A DNA stretch of 20,000 nucleotides from an uncultured virus (IMG/VR IMGVR_UViG_3300035182_002585) (Duplodnaviria > Heunggongvirae > Uroviricota > Caudoviricetes). Below the pieces are notes generated by a model. It did no database searches. It saw only the letters and a list, made by a program, of their open reading frames with translations, and was not told the origin of the DNA. Numbering within the stretch: position 1 is the first letter of the stretch; each line of letters begins with the position of its first letter. Where the stretch lies: the IMG/VR virus record IMGVR_UViG_3300035182_002585. One strand, 5' to 3'. This document shows, piece after piece, positions 1 to 7,763 of this stretch. A program made the translations under genes and the position numbers.

Positions 1-30
1 GACGCGCGGAGACCCCTGGCCGTTCGACGA

Positions 31-246
31 TCAGTAGCCCCACAGGTGCCAGCCGTTGCGGCACTTGGTCCGTAGCGACTGCTTCTGCGGCAAGTCGTCG
101 TAGCTCCCCTTTCGGAGGCACTGGCGGTTGCCCCGCCGAGCCTCACGCGCAGAGAGCTGCTTCGCCCACTTGAGGGAGTGGTTCAGGTGGTAGTGGCGGA
201 CCTTGGACCAGCCCTGCTGGTCCTTGCGACGGTGGTTGCGGTGCAT
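31..246 (-). CDS. Small basic hypothetical protein (71 aa)
   Basis: ATG at 246 preceded by AAAGGA (SD-like); K/R/H/W-rich; co-oriented with neighbours; no recognised domain. Confidence 0.6.
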   Translation of the reverse strand: MHRNHRRKDQQGWSKVRHYHLNHSLKWAKQLSAREARRGNRQCLRKGSYDDLPQKQSLRTKCRNGWHLWGY

Positions 247-335
247 GTCTGTCCTTTCATTCCCGAGGGAATTCAGAACAGAGGCGCGTCCGCCTTTCCT
301 TTGGTCGCGTCCATGAGGGGGTACTGTACTCTAGA

Positions 336-578
336 TCACGGGGTGTCGCACTCCGTGACTCCGAACTCCTGCACCACGGCGTCGATCGCCTTCTGATAGG
401 CATCCACCCGGGCGACGGCCGCACCGAGAAGATACTGACTCTCCTCGTGTACGGAGTGAATCTGGATTGTAGCCCGCGCCGAGTCCCGGTAGCCCTTGAG
501 GACCCCCAAGAGCTTCTTTGGGTCTGGCTTGAGCGGCTGACCTCTGGTGGGCTCGATCTCCTTGTCGCTCCAGGCCAT
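336..578 (-). CDS. Hypothetical protein (80 aa)
   Basis: GAGGAG 7 nt upstream of ATG 578; GC3-rich codons; helical-looking sequence. Confidence 0.7.
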   Translation of the reverse strand: MAWSDKEIEPTRGQPLKPDPKKLLGVLKGYRDSARATIQIHSVHEESQYLLGAAVARVDAYQKAIDAVVQEFGVTECDTP

Positions 579-589
579 GTTCAGGCTCC

Positions 590-724
590 TCAGGGAAGGA
601 TTCTTGTCCCACGCACTGTATCCCCACGGTAATCAGCGGCAGCGAGGGCTCGGAAGGCGGCCTTGATGACCGGCGCGGACGCCCGAGGGTTGATCTCCAG
701 ATCGTCGTAGAGAGAAGCCGTCAT
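590..724 (-). pseudogene. Truncated J-domain (DnaJ-type) fragment
   Basis: Not in the ORF track. Manual translation MTASLYDDLEINPRASAPVIKAAFRALAAADYRGDTVRGTRILP* matches J-domain helices I-II (LYDxLxIxxxASxxxIKxAFRxLA) but has no HPD. CGGTGTA lies 9 nt upstream of ATG 724. Confidence 0.65.
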
Positions 725-747
725 GGTCTCTTGTACACCGGCAACGG

Positions 748-1227
748 CTACTCCTGGGGGAGGAGCGCCTTCAAGATCGGCGTGGGGTCGAGGATGTTCG
801 AGGGGTAGGGAGTGTCGCGCTCTTGCAGCTCACAGCAGTTGCGCGTCCCGTGCGTGTACAGCTCCAGGTGGAGCATGGACAGAGGACGGCCCTTGTCGTG
901 TCGAAGGACACGCTTCACGTGGCCGATGATGCCCCCCTCGGCCACGCGGTCCCCCACGAACACGAACTCCATGACCTCCCCGTAGAGGAAGACGCCCGAG
1001 GCGCCCTCGACGAGAACCGCACGGGTCGGGAGCCACCAATTGCAGCCGGCTTGAGGGCCGGTGAAGTCGACGATGGCGACGACCTCACCGGCCTCGATAG
1101 CGGTCACAGGGTGGCCCACCGGAGCATAGAGGTCGACCCCGAGGTGGACATCGTGCTTGCGCACAGCACCAAAGCAGCCGTGAGAGGGAGGAAGGGACGC
1201 GTAGAGGTTGGGCAGCGGCCAGCGCAT
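748..1227 (-). CDS. M23-family (LytM-like) peptidase-fold protein, degenerate active site
   Basis: FGAVR..HLGVDLYAPVGHPVTAIEAGEV, VGDRVAEGGIIG, MLHLELY and DPTPIL; HxxxD kept, HxH is MxH. Confidence 0.85.
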   Translation of the reverse strand: MRWPLPNLYASLPPSHGCFGAVRKHDVHLGVDLYAPVGHPVTAIEAGEVVAIVDFTGPQAGCNWWLPTRAVLVEGASGVFLYGEVMEFVFVGDRVAEGGIIGHVKRVLRHDKGRPLSMLHLELYTHGTRNCCELQERDTPYPSNILDPTPILKALLPQE

Positions 1228-1242
1228 GGTTTGACGGTAGGG

Positions 1243-1695
1243 CTACACCGACTGCGCTTTCAAGCGGAGCCGCTCGTAGCTCTTCCGCCTGGACTCGTTC
1301 GAGCTGTAGCAGCTCTCGCAGAGAGGGGTAGGCTCCGCGTCGACCGCATTCATCCCGCGAACGATGGTGGCCTCTTTCGTCGCCACGTTCGTGCAGGCGA
1401 AGTGCCGGCACGCGAGCACCGTCGGCACGGCCTCCAAGGCCGCAAGCCTCGCCTTGGCGCTGAGGATGGAATCCACGCACTCCTGCCTCATCTCGTCGCG
1501 CACGCGGTCCGGCAGCACCGTGACCTCTTCCCACCCGTAGCCGTAGGAGTCCCTCGTCTCGCCCGTGCACGTGTGGCGTGCCCACTCGCGGGCCATCTCC
1601 TTGAGTTCTTCCTCGTCGGCACGATACGAATCATGGACGAGGAGGTACTTGACCTCCTCGCCGGCACCACCACGGACCCAGAGCTTAACCCACAT
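1243..1695 (-). CDS. Hypothetical protein (150 aa) with C-terminal Cys cluster
   Basis: Start moved to ATG 1695 (MWVKLW), 9 nt downstream of CGGTGTA; CRHFAC...CESC is a putative Zn site. Confidence 0.7.
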   Translation of the reverse strand: MWVKLWVRGGAGEEVKYLLVHDSYRADEEELKEMAREWARHTCTGETRDSYGYGWEEVTVLPDRVRDEMRQECVDSILSAKARLAALEAVPTVLACRHFACTNVATKEATIVRGMNAVDAEPTPLCESCYSSNESRRKSYERLRLKAQSV

Positions 1696-1704
1696 GATCT
1701 CATC

Positions 1705-1738
1705 TACACCGTGGGGCCGGAGTCGATCCATCGGTGTA
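1705..1738. promoter_or_regulatory. Back-to-back CGGTGTA motifs (divergent gene pair)
   Basis: TACACCG at 1705-1711 and CGGTGTA at 1732-1738, each 9 nt from an ATG. Confidence 0.7.
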
Positions 1739-1747
1739 GAACGGGGC

Positions 1748-2290
1748 ATGGCGAACTACAGCCACATCCACCTGGCGGAGCCCACGACCCCCGAGGAGCT
1801 GGAGGAGCGCCTCAAGGAAGCGGTCCTGATGTGGTTCAACGGGCGGGCGCAAGTCATCACCGCTCCGTGGGAGCACCAGAACCCCACCTGGTTGGTCTAC
1901 ATCCCCGGAACGGCGCAGAGTGACGAGAAGAAGGCTCTGCACAGCATGCTCGCGCCGGGAGAGGACGTGGGCTTCCCCGTGGAGCTGGAGGGCGAGGGAC
2001 GCACGATCGCCTTACGTCACTCGCCCAACATGTGCGAGACCTGGATGCGAGGTTGCATCGAAGAGATGCTCTCGGAGGTCTACGGGGTGGGCGTCTTCTA
2101 CGACGCCACTGACAGGCTGGCCCCACCGGGCTCGCGTGAGTACCGAAGGGGCCGCCGCCTGTTCGACTACCTGTCGCGCAACTTCAAGCGGCCCCTGACG
2201 AAAGAGGACATCGCCTATCTGTCGCGCTACCGGACGGGGTGCCCGGCGGGGTTCTGGGGAGGGCCCGGCGGCGAGCCCACCCCCGGATGA
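1748..2290 (+). CDS. Hypothetical protein (180 aa)
   Basis: Start moved to ATG 1748 (MANYSH), 9 nt after CGGTGTA at 1732-1738; strongly GC3-biased frame. Confidence 0.75.
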   Translation: MANYSHIHLAEPTTPEELEERLKEAVLMWFNGRAQVITAPWEHQNPTWLVYIPGTAQSDEKKALHSMLAPGEDVGFPVELEGEGRTIALRHSPNMCETWMRGCIEEMLSEVYGVGVFYDATDRLAPPGSREYRRGRRLFDYLSRNFKRPLTKEDIAYLSRYRTGCPAGFWGGPGGEPTPG

Positions 2291-2438
2291 GAGCCCTTAG
2301 AGCACCGTCTCTTAGCGGCGTGTGTACCAGGGGAATCCCCGGAAGGGTCATCGGAAACCCTGGCGCCATGTTCGAGAGACCGCCGAAGACCTCGTTGGTC
2401 TTCTGGAAGACAGCGCACTCGGCCGGGTCGTACTTCAT
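2184..2438 (-). pseudogene. N-terminal fragment of a NADAR (YbiA/DUF1768)-like protein
   Basis: MKYDPAECAVFQKTNEVFGGLSNMAPGFPM resembles the NADAR N-terminus (FGGLSNM.xxFP). The expected TSEAxYQAxxF segment is absent and the frame runs into the convergent gene after ~2320. Confidence 0.55.
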
Positions 2439-2447
2439 GGGGGCCGT

Positions 2448-3122
2448 CTACACCGCGCCCTGGTTGACGTACGCGCGCAGGGCCGGGAGGACCTTGTGGT
2501 TCTTCCACTGGTTGAACATCGCGTAGCCCTTGGCCGTCGAGAACTTCGCGCTGATTCCCGGCAACATGCGGAACGCATCCACGTCCGCGATCCCGTCGGC
2601 CGCGAGCTTGAAGTAGGCGGGCAGGTCGGGGTGGATGTCGGTGAGGAAGGCCGTCACGCGGTCGATCTGATCGGCCGTCATCGGCGCATCGAGGTTCGCG
2701 CTCGGATCCTCGACCTTGACCGCCTCGACGCTCTGCTTCGCGTGGTATTTGGCTCGACGCGAGGTCTTCTGCTTCGCGTTCTCCATGTGGAAGCGCAGCG
2801 CCGTCATCACGAAGTACGTCGCCGACTGGAGGTTGTGCCCGCCCTTGATGTTGGGCTCCGTGAGGAACGAGAGCTGGAAGTCGCTCAGCGTGTCCCGAGC
2901 CACTTCGAGGCTCAGACCCCCCGCCTGGAGCATCTTCATCGCTTGCGCTCCGAACACGTCGCCGTAGCCCTTCGGGAGCTTGCTAGTGAGGCGAGGGCTC
3001 GACGTATCGAACTCGGTGGCCGGGACCCCGTTGATGTCCGGCATGCCCGTGATGCCCGCGCGGAGGAACTCCACGTAGACGATGAGGCCGAAAACCGATG
3101 CGATGGGGTCGATGTTGTTCAT
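2448..3122 (-). CDS. Hypothetical protein, possibly a divergent sigma70/ECF-like factor
   Basis: ARDTLSDFQLSFL (region 2.2-like), SATYFVMTALRFHMENAKQKTSRR (2.3/2.4-like), IDRVTAFLTDIHPDLPAYFKLAADGIADVDAFRML (region 4-like). The CDS is solid; the function is tentative. Confidence 0.5.
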   Translation of the reverse strand: MNNIDPIASVFGLIVYVEFLRAGITGMPDINGVPATEFDTSSPRLTSKLPKGYGDVFGAQAMKMLQAGGLSLEVARDTLSDFQLSFLTEPNIKGGHNLQSATYFVMTALRFHMENAKQKTSRRAKYHAKQSVEAVKVEDPSANLDAPMTADQIDRVTAFLTDIHPDLPAYFKLAADGIADVDAFRMLPGISAKFSTAKGYAMFNQWKNHKVLPALRAYVNQGAV

Positions 3123-3166
3123 GTCCCCACTACAATGCGGAGTAGGGGGCGATCCATCGGCGAAGC

Positions 3167-3922
3167 TCAGAACGTGTCGACGGACTCGTCCACCAGGCTC
3201 GCGAAGATGCGCTCGTAGAGGTTCGGCACGTCCTGACGCACCAGGTCGTAGAACCGCCCCTCACAGTCGGACGAGCAGACGACCGCGAAGCCCTCCCTCT
3301 CGTCCACAACGTAGCGGACGGTTTTCCAGGGGGAATCCTTGAACCGCTCCGGCAGCTTCTCCCCCACCTCGTGCGTGTAGAGGCTGCCGTGCCGCTTGAA
3401 GCAGACGATGCAGAACTCTTTCTCCGGCATCACGGGCGGCGTACGGGCGGCGATCTCCACCCGGATGCGCAGCAACTCCTCGCGGAAGTAGGCGCAGTCC
3501 GAGCAGTAGTCGTTCGCCCGGACCCCATGACTGCACGGGCCATAGTGCTCCGGGTTCAGGTTGCGGGGCGCGTCCGGGGGCCCGTAGTCCTTGCCGTTGG
3601 GCGCCGGGTCGAGCACGAAGGGCTTTTTGGCCCGGCTGTTGGGGCTCCACCCCGCCTTGAGAGCGGCCTCGATGGCGTTGCGTACGTCCTTCGGAGAGAA
3701 GGCCGCCTGGTGGGTGCGGGCGTTCTCCGGGTCGCGCTCGTGCTCGTCCAGCCAGTTCTTCGAGAAGAACTGCGTCGTGAGCATCGCCCCACTCGGGGAG
3801 AGCACAACGAGGTTCACGCTCTTGGGGCTCCACCCCTGGTATCTGTGGGGGGAGTGCCACCGCGCCTTCCACTGGTAGGCGATGTCTTCGACCGTGATGT
3901 TGCGAGCACCGCTGAGGGCCAT
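3167..3922 (-). CDS. Hypothetical two-domain protein; C-terminal half Cys-rich
   Basis: ATG 3922 is 9 nt after CGGTGTA; N-half RNITVEDIAYQWK...SPKDVRNAIEAALKAGWSP; C-half CSH..CSDC, CIVC, CSSDC. Confidence 0.75.
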   Translation of the reverse strand: MALSGARNITVEDIAYQWKARWHSPHRYQGWSPKSVNLVVLSPSGAMLTTQFFSKNWLDEHERDPENARTHQAAFSPKDVRNAIEAALKAGWSPNSRAKKPFVLDPAPNGKDYGPPDAPRNLNPEHYGPCSHGVRANDYCSDCAYFREELLRIRVEIAARTPPVMPEKEFCIVCFKRHGSLYTHEVGEKLPERFKDSPWKTVRYVVDEREGFAVVCSSDCEGRFYDLVRQDVPNLYERIFASLVDESVDTF

Positions 3923-3931
3923 ACAGAGGGA

Positions 3932-3950
3932 TACACCGCCCGCTGGTGTA
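3932..3950. promoter_or_regulatory. Back-to-back YGGTGTA motifs (divergent gene pair)
   Basis: TACACCG at 3932-3938 (9 nt to ATG 3922) and TGGTGTA at 3944-3950 (10 nt to ATG 3961). Confidence 0.7.
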
Positions 3951-3960
3951 CTAGCGCCAC

Positions 3961-4266
3961 ATGGCTTGGGAATCCGGCCTCGTCGAGAGGCTCAAGAAGG
4001 GCGAGACCGTGCAGTTTCGACCGCACGGGAACTCCATGGTGCCGATCATCAAGAGCGGCCAGCTCGTGACCGTGGCCCCCCTTCAAGTCTTCGGCGACGA
4101 GGCGGGCCGAGAGGTCGACGGCGTGCAGAGATGCGTCCAGAAGGGAGACGCAGTGTTCTGGATGGCGCGGCGGAGAGCATCTTCCACCTCGTCCGCGCCC
4201 ATGCGAGTCCCCGCCGTGTTCAGCCGGCGGAACATGTTCATCACGTTCGCGAGCGACCATTGGTAG
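3961..4266 (+). pseudogene. Peptidase S24/S26-like protein, apparently truncated after ~4158
   Basis: LKKGETVQFRPHGNSMVPIIKSGQLVTVAP...KGDAVF (GxSM catalytic Ser motif). After codon 4156-4158 the frame is the antisense of the DUF262 C-terminus and the second catalytic segment is missing. Confidence 0.6.
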
Positions 4267-4740
4267 GGCAGCCCGACCGTCGCGACGACGCGGTAGATGA
4301 GGTCATCCGCCAGACGGCCGGCGTGGTCCGCCCCGTCGGAAGCCTCGATCCAGCGCAGGATGTCCATGTCTTCGTCGGACCTCATCGTCGGACCTCATCG
4401 TCGGACCGTAGACGAGGTGCAGCGGGAGGACCGTCTTGCTCAGGGGCACGTCGACGACGAACTTGCCCGCAGCGAAGTCGTAGGCGAAGCGCTTCGAGGT
4501 GAAGGCTTGGTGCAGGCTGACGAGACGCTGCTGACCATCGATGACGAGGAAGCCTCGCTTCTTGTTCGCGTCGGAGAGGGGGACGCCCCCCACGGTCTTG
4601 ACCTCGGGGAGGATGTCGTAGCTCTCCCACAGAAGCAGCGAGCCCACGTAGTAGCCGCACCACAGCGAATCGAGCAGATGCAGGACTTGCCCGTCGGTCC
4701 ACAACGTGCCCGCGCCGATCTGCTCCACGAGCTGCCGCAC
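4083..4740 (-). pseudogene. DUF262 (GmrS/ParB-like) protein disrupted by a 13-bp tandem duplication
   Basis: Frame 4740: WTDGQVLHLLDSLWCGYYVGSLLLW...LVIDGQQRLVSL. Frame 4385: MFRRLNTAGTRM (FxxxN motif). Removing one 13-nt unit at 4372-4397 fuses the two frames. Confidence 0.8.
4372..4407. repeat. Tandem repeat TCGTCGGACCTCA x2.8
   Basis: Units at 4372-4384, 4385-4397 and a partial unit at 4398-4407. Confidence 0.95.
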
Positions 4741-4932
4741 GGTCCCCGCCGCCCCCTCCTACCGAGGAGGAGCTGGCTCGACTGCCCGAGCACAGCGGGT
4801 CTCGTCGCCAAGTGCCGGGCGAGGCGCTCGTCGTCGTACTGCTTGTCCCGCGCCATTCGAGGGCGGCGGCTTCTTCGAACGCACGGAACTACGACCCATG
4901 TTCCCTCTACACGGCGGCGACGGGCCGATCCA

Positions 4933-6288
4933 TCACAGCCTCGGGAACTTGTCCAACGCGGTCGGCCCGTGCGACTTGATGACCACCGGGACCCCGAGGC
5001 GCTCCGCTACCTTGGTGTCCATGTTGGTCGAGGGGGTCTGCCACATAATGGGCTTGGCCGTGAACAGGGCCTTCGTGATACGCTCCTGCCGGTCGAGGTC
5101 GACCTTGGGGTCATGGCGGATGCGAGTCGCCCGGTTCAGCTCCCCATCGAAGAGGTTCGGGTCGATGTTGTCATCCAGACGGTAGCCCGTGCAGACGTTC
5201 AGGTCCCCTGCCACGTGGGACAGGCGGTCGAGGCAGGTCAGCGCAAGGCCGTCGACGGGCCCGAGCACATCGAGGGCGTACCGCGCGGCCACGAGGTCGA
5301 GGGCGCCGCTCCGGAAGTTCTGCTGCCACTCCCCGAAGGTGTTGTGGTCGTGCGAGGAACACGCGCCGTAGTGGCGCTCGTCCTCAGTGACGAACGGACC
5401 GGCTCCGTGGCGGGTCGCGTAGGCCCGTAGGACGGCGAGCTTGGTGACCTCCACCGGCTCCGCCTGGAGGGCCTCCAGGGCGTTCTTGAAGGTCGTGTGA
5501 GCCCACGTGGTGTGGGGGTGGAACCCGTAGTCCTCGTCGAGGAGCACGCCTTGGGAGCCCTCTCCAATGATGGTGGCGCCGGCTTCCGTAGCCGTGTGGA
5601 GAACGAGCCCGTCGGGGTCGATGTGGATGCGGGTAGCACACTGGACGAAGCGCTCCACGCAGTCTTCGACGGAGCTTTCGCTCTCCAGGATGTCCCGTTC
5701 CCGCTCGAACGTGGACGACGGAGAGGTGACCTTGAGAAGGGCCCGCATGGCGGACGTGGCCAAGAGCATCCGCTCCCGGACAGCTTCGAGCTTCTCCCTC
5801 AGGGTGCGACGCACGAGGAGGTCCGACGCACGGAGGGCCAGGTCCGGATAGCTCAGCGCGTCCTGGACGGTCTCGCCGATCCCCATACCGCAGCTCCCGT
5901 GACGGTTCTGGCCACGAGCCAGCTCCCGAAGTCGGTTGGCCGCGATGTGGAAGGGCGTGGTGAGAAGAGCGCTTTCTTCGACGTTGATCAGCGAGAGGGG
6001 GTTGTTGACCCCGAGAGTGTGCAGGTGCCTCGCCTCGCTGACCAGCGAGATGGGGTTGAAGAGCATGTGCCGGGTGAGCAACGTCCGCGCTCCGGCCAGC
6101 GTCCCGCTCCCGAACTGAGAGAACGTGTGGTGTTTACCATCAGGCGTTACGACCGAGTGTGCAGCCTGTGCGCCCCCACTGAACCGGAAGACGAGCTTCG
6201 CGTCATATTTTCGCGTCAAAAAATCGGTGGTGGAACCTTTACCCTCATCACCGTACCCCAGACCAACGACGATTAGTGCACGTCCCAT
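4933..6288 (-). CDS. Adenylosuccinate synthetase (PurA)-superfamily protein, divergent
   Basis: GLGYGDEGKG, RFSGGAQAAHS, GMGIGET, EGSQGVLLD..GFHPHTT, RAYATRHGAGPFVTE, LTCLD and SHGP align to PurA motifs; the GATTGR loop is replaced. Confidence 0.92.
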   Translation of the reverse strand: MGRALIVVGLGYGDEGKGSTTDFLTRKYDAKLVFRFSGGAQAAHSVVTPDGKHHTFSQFGSGTLAGARTLLTRHMLFNPISLVSEARHLHTLGVNNPLSLINVEESALLTTPFHIAANRLRELARGQNRHGSCGMGIGETVQDALSYPDLALRASDLLVRRTLREKLEAVRERMLLATSAMRALLKVTSPSSTFERERDILESESSVEDCVERFVQCATRIHIDPDGLVLHTATEAGATIIGEGSQGVLLDEDYGFHPHTTWAHTTFKNALEALQAEPVEVTKLAVLRAYATRHGAGPFVTEDERHYGACSSHDHNTFGEWQQNFRSGALDLVAARYALDVLGPVDGLALTCLDRLSHVAGDLNVCTGYRLDDNIDPNLFDGELNRATRIRHDPKVDLDRQERITKALFTAKPIMWQTPSTNMDTKVAERLGVPVVIKSHGPTALDKFPRL

Positions 6289-6326
6289 GGTTCTTACCCT
6301 AGTCTCCTTATCAAGTAGGGTCTGGT

Positions 6327-6971
6327 ATGACCGCAGGTGTCTGCCCGCAGTGCAAAGTCAACGTTGTCGTCCGCACCAAGAAGTTCGGGACACTCCCACG
6401 ATGCGATGAATGCCTCGAAAAGAACAAGAGGGGTCGCTACGACCGCCGCAACGCCAAGGTCAGAGCCGGTCGGTCAGTGCACCACGCTGCCAACGGTGAG
6501 AGGTACCCTGACAAGTCAACATTGATGGAAGTCGTCTGTGCCTTCTGTGGTGACCCCTTCCAGAGATCCAGTAAGGTGCGGGGTCGAGCAGTATGCCCCA
6601 CTTGCCAACCTAAGGCAGACGAAGAACGTAGAGAGAAAAACAGGAAAAAGGTCCAAGCACTATACTGGCGAGACCCGACAGAGGCCAAACACAAGAGGAT
6701 GCGGAGGACTCTGACTCAGATGGGTTTGAACCCCGACTGGTACGAGAAACAGCCGAAACTATGTGGTATCTGTGGTACAGACGACCCTGGTGAAAAGGGT
6801 TGGCATATCGATCACGACCACACGTGCTGCCCCCCTGGTGTTCGGCAAGGGTGTAGTAACTGTGTGCGAGGACTGCTTTGCAGTAATTGCAACACAGGTC
6901 TAGGACACTTCAAAGACGATCCAGTTAGACTCCGAGCAGCTATCGCTTGGGTACAGCGGTCTCGGGCGTGA
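6327..6971 (+). CDS. Endonuclease VII-type (His-Me/HNH) free-standing homing endonuclease with N-terminal Zn fingers
   Basis: CGICG...HIDHDH...VRGLLCSNCNTGLGHFKDDPVRLRAAI; CxxC pairs in the N-half; visibly lower GC than flanks; opposite strand to the cluster. Confidence 0.9.
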   Translation: MTAGVCPQCKVNVVVRTKKFGTLPRCDECLEKNKRGRYDRRNAKVRAGRSVHHAANGERYPDKSTLMEVVCAFCGDPFQRSSKVRGRAVCPTCQPKADEERREKNRKKVQALYWRDPTEAKHKRMRRTLTQMGLNPDWYEKQPKLCGICGTDDPGEKGWHIDHDHTCCPPGVRQGCSNCVRGLLCSNCNTGLGHFKDDPVRLRAAIAWVQRSRA

Positions 6972-7194
6972 ACTCGACGGTGATGACCCAACGACCGCGC
7001 TTCTTCCCCGTGTCGGGAAGGATGTCGTTCGGGTAAACCCTGCACTCATCGTGTCGTTCGACGCGTTGCTCAGTCGGGAGGCTCCGCTCCTGTGCTTGCT
7101 CTTCCCACGAACGCTTGTCGAAGCAGAAGCACTCACAGTCACCAGAAGCGCAGTAGCCGTCGAGCACGGTGACCTTCTTGACGGTCTCTACCAT
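6940..7194 (-). CDS. Small Cys-containing hypothetical protein (84 aa)
   Basis: ATG 2 nt after the Nudix stop; CASGDCECFC; 3' end overlaps the EndoVII 3' end by 32 nt. Confidence 0.6.
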   Translation of the reverse strand: MVETVKKVTVLDGYCASGDCECFCFDKRSWEEQAQERSLPTEQRVERHDECRVYPNDILPDTGKKRGRWVITVEFTPETAVPKR

Positions 7195-7196
7195 GT

Positions 7197-7703
7197 TCAG
7201 TGTCCCGGCCCGAAGAAGAACCAGCGGGCCGCCTCCGAGTGCGTCGCGAAAGCGAGGTTGATGGGGTCTTCGGGCGAGAGGATGACAATCTCCGAGACTT
7301 CTTCGTTGGGCACGAAGTCGTCAGGAGGCTCGACGGGTTGCGTGACGCCGAAGATGAGCACGCTCGTCCGGGCGGAATTCACCTTCACGTCGTGAAGGGA
7401 GAGCGTCGCTGGACTGACGACGATGCCCGTTTCTTCGAGCAGCTCCCGCGCCCCCGCTTCTTGCCACGATTCCCCCATCTCCATATAGCCTCCGGGAAGG
7501 GCAAGCTGGCCCTTCCCGGGTTCGGTGGCGCGCCGGATCGTCAGCAGGTGTGTCTCCCCGTCAGGGCGAAGAACGGCGACGAGCAGGGCGACGACGGGGA
7601 TGGGGTTGCGGTACGTGACCTGGTGGCACGCGCCGCACCTACGGGGCCAAGCCAGGTGTGTGTGCTTGGCCCCGCAGAACGAGCAGTGATCGTGGAGTCT
7701 CAT
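7197..7703 (-). CDS. Nudix hydrolase with N-terminal Zn ribbon (ADP-ribose pyrophosphatase-like)
   Basis: CSFCG...CGACH..YRNP; intact Nudix box GYMEMGESWQEAGARELLEETGI. Start is ATG 7703 or GTG 7712 (9 nt after TGGTGTA). Confidence 0.92.
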   Translation of the reverse strand: MRLHDHCSFCGAKHTHLAWPRRCGACHQVTYRNPIPVVALLVAVLRPDGETHLLTIRRATEPGKGQLALPGGYMEMGESWQEAGARELLEETGIVVSPATLSLHDVKVNSARTSVLIFGVTQPVEPPDDFVPNEEVSEIVILSPEDPINLAFATHSEAARWFFFGPGH

Positions 7704-7763
7704 CGAAGGCACACCCCGTTGTACACCAGGAAGCATTTCTCGATGTATAACGGGCCTGGGGGT

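Noticed and set aside
4933..6288. PurZ (2-aminoadenine Z-genome) assignment
   Set aside because: It retains GDEGKG Asp rather than the PurZ Ser and lacks the aspartate-binding loop; no datZ, mazZ or dpoZ-like neighbour was recognised.
6296..6321. ACCCTA...TAGGGT inverted repeat between the purA-like and EndoVII starts
   Set aside because: Only a 6-bp stem with a 14-nt loop; too weak to call a regulatory hairpin.
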